DNA from: Cyanophora paradoxa CCMP329
Taxonomy: Eukaryota > Plantae > Glaucophyta
Reading direction: 5' to 3'
Assembly: GCA_004431415.1 (NCBI GenBank)
Contig: QPMI01000593.1
Span: 62,001 to 126,000 of the forward strand
DNA length: 64,000 bases
The notes beneath the pieces are model-generated. The model had not been told where the DNA came from, ran no database searches, and was given only the letters and a program-made list of their open reading frames with translations. Positions within the stretch are counted from its first letter, which is position 1; every line of letters starts with the position of its first letter. This document shows positions 48,601 to 57,937 of the stretch, one piece after another. The translations under genes were made by a program, and so were the position numbers.

Positions 48601-49423
48601 CGCCCCTCCGCCCCTTCCGTCCTTCCGCGCGCCGCCGCCCGAGCCCGCCCGCCGCAGGGCAACGTCTACGCGCACCTGTACGCCCACGGTGCTCCCTTTC
48701 CCTCCGTCCCCCGCCGTAAAAGTCGTACCCCCGCCCGGCCCGGCCTGACCCGTGTACCCTCCAGACTTCGGCGACCGCGTGACGCAGCTGCCGCCTGCGG
48801 ACGCGATGCCCGAGGACAACTTCTTCGCCTTTGCTCGAGGGGTACGCGACCTGCAGGGGGGTACGGTTTCGCCCTTTCAACTTTTGTTGAGGAGGGTGTG
48901 CAGGGGCCGCCCCCTCAGGGCCCCCCCGAAGCCGGCGCGGCCCTCGGCGCGAACTTCAACGTGCGGCTGTACCCCCTACCCCTCCCTTTTCCCCCCCTCA
49001 CCGGGGGTACAGGAGCTCCCGGCGGACGCGAACGCGCTGTACCTCTTCCTCGCCTCCCTCCTGCCCTGGAACGTCCCCGGGGGGGCAGGAGCCCAGGTCC
49101 GTCCCCCCGCCATCACGATCAGTAACACAGCGACTCGGTGATTAAAGGGCGGGGCGCAGGGGGAGGGCGAGCCGCCGGAGGAGCTGCTGGAGGCGCAGGC
49201 GGCGGAGCTGGCGGGGGCGGTGGAGGCGGCCGGCGGGGGCGCGGCGGCCCCCGCCGGCGGCTGGCTCGGCGCCCTGCGCGACCTCCTCAGGCAGCGGGGC
49301 CGGCCCCAGGCGCAGCCCGCCGGGCAGCCCGGCCAGCCTGGACAGCCTGGGCAGCCTGGGCAGCAGCTGCCGGACGAGCTGGAGGCGATCGAGGACGTCG
49401 ACGAGGACGACGAGGACGAGTAG
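45623..49423 (+). CDS. TCF25: Ribosome quality control subunit TCF25/Rqc1 (Nulp1 family)
   Basis: MSTRALRKL N-terminus; HLDPDREMRRLFG; PKDWWPRF..GLTME; HDPNTI..HHPCQVDALLQLSE; ELLDRALYCLE; CRLDF..EN..FQALF; AKLLLALDPDSDPMG..IDYFALRA; LPN..YS; acidic end with stop at 49423. Roughly 20 short introns. Confidence 0.93.
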
Positions 49424-49494
49424 GCGCAGGCACAGGCGTAGGCGGCGTAGGGTTCGACGCAGCCGCTGGCGGAGCCGCGAGGTCTGCGTAGACT

Positions 49495-49775
49495 CTGAAG
49501 GCATTATATTCAAGCGGACCCGAGATGTGCGAATGCATTACTATGATTAAGAAGGCGAGTTGTGCGAATTAAGGCCGCTTGGAGTTCATGATCAGAATTT
49601 CAGGCGCCAGGCGTCGCCGCCGCCGGCTGGCCGCGGCCGGCGCCGGCATTCAGAAGGCATTCATATTAAATATTCAACATCAAGAAATGCAATTTTCATT
49701 AATTATAACTAAGTAGAAGGCAGAGCGAACGAATTACGGCGAGTTGTGCGAATTGAGGCCGCGTGGAGTTAAGAA
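49495..49775. repeat. Degenerate tandem duplication in the TCF25 3' region
   Basis: GGCGAGTTGTGCGAATT(A/G)AGGCCGC(T/G)TGGAGTT at ~49554 and ~49738; GAAGGCATT..ATATTCAA at ~49497 and ~49653. Confidence 0.7.
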
Positions 49776-49796
49776 TGGAAGGCGCCGACTTAACTG

Positions 49797-50004
49797 ACTG
49801 ACTTAACTACCGCGCTGCCAAATTACCGCGCTCAAAAGTTTTAGAACGCAGTAATTTGGTAGCGCAGTATTACCCCCTTTGCTAACAAATAATACATTTC
49901 CAAAGACGATGGAACGCGGTAATTTGGTAGCGCGGTAAAGCGCAAATCGGGCCCAAATTTTTGGAACGCGCTAATTTGTGACGCGGTATTGAAGTCTTAC
50001 ACGG
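49797..50004. mobile_element. MITE family A copy, inverted relative to 34687-34919, one end degraded
   Basis: Reverse-complement match, including TATTACCCCTTTGCTAACAAATAATACATTT..AAGACGATGGAACGCGGTAATTTGGTAGCGCGG. Ends ACGG|TA. Confidence 0.9.
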
Positions 50005-51751
50005 TAGGTATCACCCCTATCATCCGGGTATAGCGCCGCGTATTAGCGCGTGCTAGCCTCACTCCCTAGTGCTACTACGGCTAGGTAGCGCTTTCGCACC
50101 GGAATATACTGGAGCTGATCATGATGATCATGAAGTCGGGAAATAACTTGGCAGGCGAGGTGAGACGGTTGCAATTGCAAGACAGTGCTTCTGAACGCGA
50201 AGCTCATGATATGATGATGATAAAGCATGCGCACCGGTACCATGTGCGGGCGTATACGTAGCGCTGGGCGATGCGGCGCTTGGGGCGAAAATATTAATGC
50301 AACGTTTAACGGACCGCCCCGTTGGGCCCGCCGACGTCGGCCGCGGCCCCGAGCCCGTTGACCACGATCATGATCATGATCACTGAGTCATGATCATGAT
50401 CGTGATCATGATCTTGGGCGAGTTTCCTACTTGTGAAGCTTCAAGGCTTTAAGGTGCATTTGCAACCGCGCGCGCACATTTTCAACGTTAACCATACTAC
50501 TAGCTATAGCTATGATATGCATTTCCATCACATGCGGTGCAACGTGCAATATTTCGCGATATCGATCATCGACGTCGACAATACTATGATATTTATGTGT
50601 CATATTTCGTTTCAAGTTTCAAAAGTTTGATACGTGCTCAGCGGCTTATGTAAATTAAATTTCTCCTCTCTAAACGCGTGCTTTCAATGCGACGCGACCA
50701 TATGCATGTATACGTATCCCCACGTACTGGGCCAAAACCCGTTGAAAGTCCGACCGTCGGACGGTCACCTTATATTTTAGAGTCAACACTCACGATAAAT
50801 CTAATCAAAACCGATTGCAACGCGTACGAGCCTTGCGACGTCGGCGAGGAAAGCAACAAGGTCGACGATGGCCTCGATCATTCGGATGACCACGAGCCAG
50901 AGCGGCCGCTCCGCTCCGTCTGATCGGATATCATGAACGCCATAACCGTATAGGCTCACAAAAACCAATTTCTAAGTTCGAATTCGCCACGGAGTTTTCC
51001 ACGGCTTCGGCACAAAGTTGCAGTTCGACTGCCCAACGTTACTAAGTTAACTCGCCGAGTCGGCCAGCTTTTGTAATCCCTTTGACTGTTCTCAGAGTCC
51101 GACGGTCTCTTAATTTTGCCTGATCTTGATCCGGGATCCGCCGGCGCCTGACCCGCTTTCTGTTCCTACTTCCGAAGTTCTAGCTCTGCTTTTTCGTGTC
51201 GTTCCCCTTTGCCTCCCGTTCGTCGACGTCTTCTCCGTCTCCTCTAAATCTCCTCGTGGCCGTCTAGCCTAGTAGATCTCCTCTAAATCTTCGTCTAGAT
51301 CTTGTTGTTCCTCTTACTTGCTGCTTCTATTTTTTGCTTCTACTGTACCTGTGAGGCTGTGCCCCCTGGGCCGGGCAGCCCCCGCAGTGTTGGCTGTCTA
51401 GAGCCTGGTGTACTAGTGCTGGTGTGACGTCGACAGTGATGATTCGAAATTTTCCGACCCGATCGCGATCGCGGCCCGGCGGGATCCGGACGTGCGTCGA
51501 CTCGCCGTCGAGTCGCCGTCGACGTCGTGCGTGAGTCTCGCCGTGAGAGGTTTGCATTGTGCAGAAAAACACGTCGAAAAAACTGTACGATAGTGTACCC
51601 AGGCTTTTGTTTTTTCCAGACTGCAAGTCGCAACCGAAGGAGCAACCGACGGAGCAACCGACCACCGGCGATCTCGCGCAAGTTGCGGCGCAACTCCGAG
51701 GCTCATCATCCGCAAAGCAGAACCCGATCGAGCGGCCTTAAGAAAGTTAAG

Positions 51752-52349
51752 ATGTCGGCGTACACTTACGATCCGGCTCAGGATAGTAGCTACAGTAACC
51801 AGTACTATGACCCGAACTTGCAGCTGCAAACGACTTCCACTTTCGCTGACCTCGGTTATGACTCGAGCTCTCAAACTTACGAGAGCGCCGGCCACACTCT
51901 TTACGCCGACAACGGCACCAGCATGGCGACGCTGTCCGACTTGACGAGAATCCTGAACGAATCCATCAACAATGTAGGCCAGATCCAGACAGATGTCAAG
52001 GTTACGGACTGGCAAAATGTCGGTGATGCGCCGCGTATCGGCTTGCTCATGATCAGCTTTCACGAAGTAACCATGCGCTGGACGCGTACGTCGACAGGTC
52101 GACGAGACCGCTGACGTCGACGCGCTGCCGGACGGCCTCTTCGCGGCCGCGGTTGGCGAGGCGGAGCTTCTCGAGGCGGACGCCGACGAGCTCCTTCAGG
52201 CCGAGGTGCGCTCTAGCCTAGTAGATCTCGCGAACGGCCGCGCGCGGGCCCGGCCCGATCGTGCGATCACCCGCGTTCGTGACGTCAACGCGCCCGCGCG
52301 GCCCGGCCCGGCCCCGCCCGCGCAGGCTGTCTACGCGTCGGAGATGTAG
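51752..52349 (+). CDS. Small acidic protein (~125 aa, probably 3 exons), unknown function
   Basis: MSAYTYDPAQDSSYSNQYYDP...QIQTDVK|VDETADVDALPDGLFAAAVGEAELLEADADELLQAE|AVYASEM*, using GT..AG introns. First donor uncertain. Confidence 0.55.
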
Positions 52350-52603
52350 TCCACATGCATAGCCCGACCATCATGGCATATGCCCATATGGGCACGGAAA
52401 TCCGAACGCTAGCGCTTGGGAGCACTTGCAATTGTCGGCCCCCGGCCCGCGGCCGGATCCCGGACATGTACAGGCCCTATAGCTAGGCCGGGCCTCGCGC
52501 GCGTGCCCTCACGCTCGTTTCGCCCGATGTAATTATATATCTTATAATCAGCTAATCAGTCGACGTCTGCCACTGCATGCTCTCTGCTCGCCTTCACGCC
52601 CTC

Positions 52604-53487
52604 CACTAGTAAAAAGGGGGTCGCCGGGGCCTGTCTCAACCTGATCTGAAACAGGCTTCAATCAGGCCGAGTCAGGCTTGGCGAAACAGGCTCAGCCTTA
52701 TTTCGGAGGACTAAACCTGATTTTAAACAGGCCGAGACAGGCTTGAATCAGGCTTAAAGCAGGCTGAATCAGGCTTCAATCAGGCTTTAATATCAGGTTT
52801 ATATCAGGCTGAATCAGGCTCCGCTATATGCTACCCCCAGCACCGCGGCCACGGCCCCCCAGCACCGCGCCAGCACACATAGAAGCATTGGAACTCGCAT
52901 TGCACATACGAGAAGCATTGTTCTACATCTAAACGCACTAAACATCCAATAACTGAAACTAAACCATGGCCAGACACTACAATTAGCCTCGTCAGCGGTC
53001 GCAGCGCTCCCGCCCGTAGCGCGGGGGGAGCGCTGGAGGGCGGCGGTCGCCAATGCGCATCCACATCGAACGTCGCAGCTTATCGCCGGGGTCGCGCGCA
53101 TGCGAGATCTGGGGTCGCGAGTCAGCAAGGGCGAGCGGGCCTCGAGCTCGGCCGGGATCGGGCGCCGGCGAGCGGCCGGCCGGGTTCCGATGCTTCTATG
53201 TGTGCTGGCGCGCTCAGCCTGATTAAATTCAGCCTGACTATAGGGCTAGCCCCTAGTCCGTTGACTCAGCCTGCCTCAGCCTGATGGATATTAAAAATAT
53301 TAGAATCAGGCTAGGTGCTGGCTGGAGTTCCTAATCAGGCTAGCCTGCTTTTCAATCAGGCCAGCCTGATTCGAAAGCAGGCTACAGTCAGGCTGACGAC
53401 TCAGCCTGCTTTCAGCCTGCCTCCGCCTGATTTCAATCAGGTTGAGACAGGCTCCGGCGACCCCCTTTTTACTATATATAGCTAGTG
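52604..53487. mobile_element. Non-autonomous CACTA (EnSpm) DNA transposon, 884 bp
   Basis: CTC|CACTAGTAAAAAGGGGGTCGCCGG..CTGTCTCAACCTGAT ... ATCAGGTTGAGACAGGCTCCGGCGACCCCCTTTTTA(..)CTAGTG|CTC. CACTA termini, ~40-bp TIR, 3-bp TSD CTC, many subterminal AATCAGGCT/CAGCCTGA repeats, no transposase. Confidence 0.93.
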
Positions 53488-53545
53488 CTCCCCCTCGAGC
53501 TCACCATCTCCTCCATATATACGTCTCCTCTCCTCTCCTCATCTC

Positions 53546-53600
53546 CAGTAAAACGGGGGTCGACGTCGCCGGAGCCTGTTTCATGTCCATTCAGCCTCAC
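53546..53600. mobile_element. Orphan degenerate TIR of the same CACTA family
   Basis: AGTAAAACGGGGGTC(GACGTC)GCCGGAGCCTGT matches the CACTA TIR, followed by TTCAGCCT. Confidence 0.7.
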
Positions 53601-54660
53601 TTTGATCCACTTCCCGGAGTCCCTCAACCCGTTCGAATTCATCAGTATACGCGCGCATCAGTTCTATGTCGTCCCGGGCGCGACTCCCGACTCGACTTTC
53701 GGAATTTCGATTTGGAATTTTGGAAGTGAAGTTACGTATACGTCTGCGAGGCCTATAGGACTTCGCGGGGCTCCAGCTCGGAATTTACTATTTAACAGCT
53801 GCATGCAGGAGATCGAAGAAGAGGAGATCTATAAGAAGCCTTGATCGAAGAGGAGATCCGATGATCTAGATTAATATTGTTTTCCCTGAGAAGAATATTC
53901 GAGATGTACAGTACAAGCAGGGGGGCTCCGCCCCCCCCGCACCCCCCCCGGCAGCTATGTCAGCCTAAGTGCTAGTGCTAGTAGCGCTAGCCTAGTAGCG
54001 CTATAGCTAGGCGCCGCTAGCGCTGGCGCTTTATTGCGTCTGCTCGAAGTACGGGTACGACGTTAATTATAACGTTGATGTCGTCACGTGCACGTGACCG
54101 GTCACCGGTACGTATACGTGTACCCCACTGTACCGTACCGGCCAGCGCCGCGGCCGGCGCCGGCTAGCGCGCGAATTGCAATTGGCGGAACTAGGGCTGG
54201 CAGATTCTGCCATTTTGGCGGCGCCCAATCACATTTACGTGACTGTTCAGCGACTGTTGAAATGCCAGAAGCGCTGGACAAACCTGGTGAGTCAAGGTCT
54301 TCCTGGCAGCGTTCGTTTAGGATAAGATTCAGAAACCTAATGAAATGGTCAAATCACCTATTGGCCGGCAATTCATAAGTTTCCCACTTACCAGATTCAC
54401 TGGCATGACTGTTCACGGCCAGGCTCGACCACCCATGCAAAAAGCCCCAGCATCGATTTTTGACTGTTCCGTCAGTTAGAATGCTGGCATTTTGAGTCTG
54501 CCACAGTACTAAGCCTTCAACGTTATCTTAGTTAATCTCCTATATAGCATACCTCTCCAGATCTGGGTCTCCTCTTCTTCTCTAGGCTTCATGATCAAGG
54601 CTTCGAAAGTCGGCCAAAAGATCGAAAAAAATATTAAACAGCAAGCTAAGAGCAGGATCG

Positions 54661-56250
54661 ATGGGATTCCGATCAAGGTCTAGAGCACTGACTTCGTCTG
54701 ACTTCGTGCACGCACAAGCGGGACTCCCCCGATTCGCGGCTCTCATATTCCCCGCGCATATTTGCAAGGAGTACTAGTGCTGCATTTCGGGGATTCTTCG
54801 TCGTCGTCGCGATCGCCGCAGTCGCACGTGTCTTGGTATACGTAATCGCGAATTCGAAGGCTCATCATGATCAAGAAGTCGACGCGACGATGTCAGCGAT
54901 ATTCGAGGCCGATGTCGACGCGTACAAAAGCTGCCGCGCTGAGTGCGGCGTTCTACGAGTCCGATCGATATCGGTCGCGGGTCGGCAGCTGCAGTTGCGC
55001 ATGCGCATGCAGGCGACAAGCGCGTTGCATGTGGACCTCGCCGACCTACAGTGGCTCAGCGACACTCGCAGAGATGTTTTCGCTGAAAATCCGGATCCCC
55101 TCCAACGCAGCCTGATTTCAGGGGCGTCGGGCGTCCATCCCCTCAGCATACGTAATCAGCGCGCTGCCCGGCAGCGAGCACAGGCAACGTTAACGGCTCC
55201 GAGCGATCGCGAGTTCGCGGTGCCCGAGGTCATGATCACATCTAGATCTAGATCTATCCGAGAATACGAGGACGAGGCACCTTCCGGACCGCCGCACCGC
55301 TTTCCAGTAGCAGCGCTAGCGCTAGCGCTCTCGCAGATCGCCGGTTTGGAGGGCGCTTCGGCCATCCAGCGATATTTCATCAGACTCCCGTGCGCACGCA
55401 TACGTATACGCTAGTCGGGCTCCAATTAAATTCCAGATTCCAAAATTGAGTCCGGATCCGGTTCGCGATCGGTCGCAGTTCGGTCGAACTCCTGGACAGC
55501 AATGCGAGCGCATATTTGGCCCTCAGTCCGGGACAACGTATCATGGAAGCTGCAATGTTGGCCGATACGTGGACGTTTGCGGAAGCAGGTTGGTTGGTGG
55601 ATGGCTATCTGACAAAGCTGCAAAACGTGCGCGGCGGTATCGACTTCGAGAGTGCGCGCGCTTTGCATTTCTTTCTTCATGCAACTCAGCCAGCTGCGCA
55701 TGCAAATTAATATTTAATTTTGTAAAACCAACGTTAACACCGTGGCACGTGAAATCGACTTTCCTCTGCTCTCGGCCAGGGCGCGTATTGGCTCAACTTG
55801 CCGAAGACCTACGTCTCGAAATCCAAGTAATCAATATCGTACAATGAGATCTAGGAAATCGAGTCGTTGCCACGCAGCCCGTCGTTCCGGATCCGCGTGC
55901 TCTGGACATGTACAGCGGCGAGCTCGAGCACCGCGGCTACCGCCTCGCGGACTTTGGCATCGGGCGCCTCTACCTCCTCCGCTACTCGCACCCCGCCGAC
56001 GGCTCGCCCGTGTACGAGGGCCTCGGTCCGCGCCGGGGCGTTCGCTGCCACTGTCATCGATATCCGCCTCTCGAAGAGGATTTTGCGTACAAGCTCGAGC
56101 TCGGCAGCAACAAGGAGCAGGCTCCTAATCCAGGCGCCATTGAACAGACCTCGCATCCGCAATCGACTTCGAAGGTACGTATACAGTGGGGCGGCATGGG
56201 AAAATTTAAAATCGATATCGCTTACGGTACCTGTGGTTTGATGAGCTGAC
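54661..56250 (+). CDS. Putative upstream exons, possibly the N-terminal/luminal part of the RING gene, possibly degenerating
   Basis: Protein-like fragments (LHVDLADLQWLSD; MYSGELEHRGYRLADFGIGRLYLLRY) are flanked by GTGCG/CAG sites. The exon chain could not be fully resolved. Confidence 0.35.
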
Positions 56251-56386
56251 ATAATTAATCGCAGCTGCAGACAGATCTAAATAGACCACTTCAACCGCAA
56301 TCGACTCTTTCGAGCTCCGCGGCAGGTTTAATCTCCTCGCTGGTGCGATCAATATTAATATTAATTATAATATTCGAATTCAATTT

Positions 56387-57487
56387 ATGCACACGCATGC
56401 GCAGACGGGGGCGTTCTCTAAGTATACAGCTGGATCTCTCGAAGCTGCAGCTGCATCTTGTGCCAACGCAATGTCGTTAGCATCCGCAGTGGTGATTGCA
56501 CGCGGCGCCATTAATATTTTTAGCGCGTTGTTTTATTCACATTGCCTGAAATATTCGCAGATCTCGAAGGCTTACGCATACGTCGTGAAATCTAGTTCTG
56601 CCCTGGCTGCAGCTGCCATCGCGACTTTCCATGGCCACTCCACGATCGCGAACTCGACGCTAACGTTAACGTTGACGTTTCTCTTCTGTGGTTGTCTCGT
56701 CGTGTGCCTCGCGATCGCTTCGTGGAGCCGGCGCCAGTCCGTGAAAAGGGCGCGGGAAGCCGACGCCCGCGTGCTCGAGCTGGAGGCCCGCCTCGCGCGG
56801 CAGGCGGAGGAGCGTGCCGAGGCGGAGGCGCGGGCGGAGCGCGAGGCGAAGGCGCGGGCGGAGCGCGAGGCGGAGCTGGCCTCGCGAATCGCAAAGGCGG
56901 AGGCGGCTGCGTCGGCGGCCATCGAGAACGAGCGGAAGGAGCTCGAGGCGCGGGAGGCGGTGCGGGAGGCGGAGGGGCGGGCGAGGAAGCAGGCGGACGA
57001 GCTGAGGCGGGCGGCCGATCGCGTGCGCGAGCTGGTTGAGTCCGCGCGCCGCGCGGAGGAGGCGCGAAGGGCGGAGACGCTGCGGGCGGCGCTGGCGGAG
57101 CGCGAGGCGGCGGCGGCGAGGCGGGCGAAGCAGGCGGCGGGGCAGGCGGCGGCGGCGGAGCAGCAGCGGGCGGCGGGCCTGGAGGCGGCGCTGGGGGCGG
57201 CCCAGGCCGGAGCGCACGTGTACCGCTGCACCGTCTGCCTCAGCCCGGACAAGACCGAGGAGCACATGCGCGTCCTGCTGCCGTGAGCGGCCCCCTCATG
57301 ACCACGCACAGGGCCTCAGATGTTTTGGTTAAGCTTTGTTTTAAATTCGCGCAGGTGCGGGCACGGGTACTGCGCTGAGTGCGTGGCGAAGGTGCGGGCG
57401 GCGGCGGGCCGGGGCCGGCAGGCCTGCGCGTGCCCCAAGTGCCGCGCCCCCTTCACGGACGCCGTGCGCGTCTTCATGGGCGAGTGA
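56387..57487 (+). CDS. Membrane-anchored coiled-coil RING-HC E3 ligase (3' part)
   Basis: TM segment FLFCGCLVVCLAIASW and an E/A/R-rich coiled coil, then CTVC..LP|CGHGYCAEC..CPKCR..VRVFMGE* across a GT-AG intron. Confidence 0.8.
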
Positions 57488-57937
57488 TCTCGAGCTCGAG
57501 CCCGCCGGGCCCCGCCCCGTCCCGGACCAGCGGCGGGTGCGCCTGGATATTTTCTTTGCGTTCAATTTGATTTTCGCGCTCACTAACCATTTGCAATTTC
57601 AATGGGTCCGCGCATGCGCAGTCCGTCTTGATCGATATTGGCCTCAGGGCATGTTCTTATATATAATTACGTGCACAGAAGAATTCGTAGCTGTAGCTAT
57701 AGCATAATCGCTCTCTGGTTTACGGAACGTTAACCGAATTTCGAACGAACAGAACAGAATCGAAAGCGATGCGCATGCATTCTCCGCTTCACTCGGCTCA
57801 CTAGACTCGCTCAGCGCGTATGTATGCCAAGCTCCGTTAACGTTGATGATGCTCATCCGACATCGATGGTTTTGATTTTTCCGCGACACTGTACATGCGT
57901 GACACTAGTGCTGGCGCCGGCACGGGGCGCGTCGACG

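Noticed and set aside
54190-54512. hAT-like MITE (TAGGGCTGGCAGATTC ... GAGTCTGCCACAGTACTA)
   Set aside because: TIR match is partial and no 8-bp TSD is visible.
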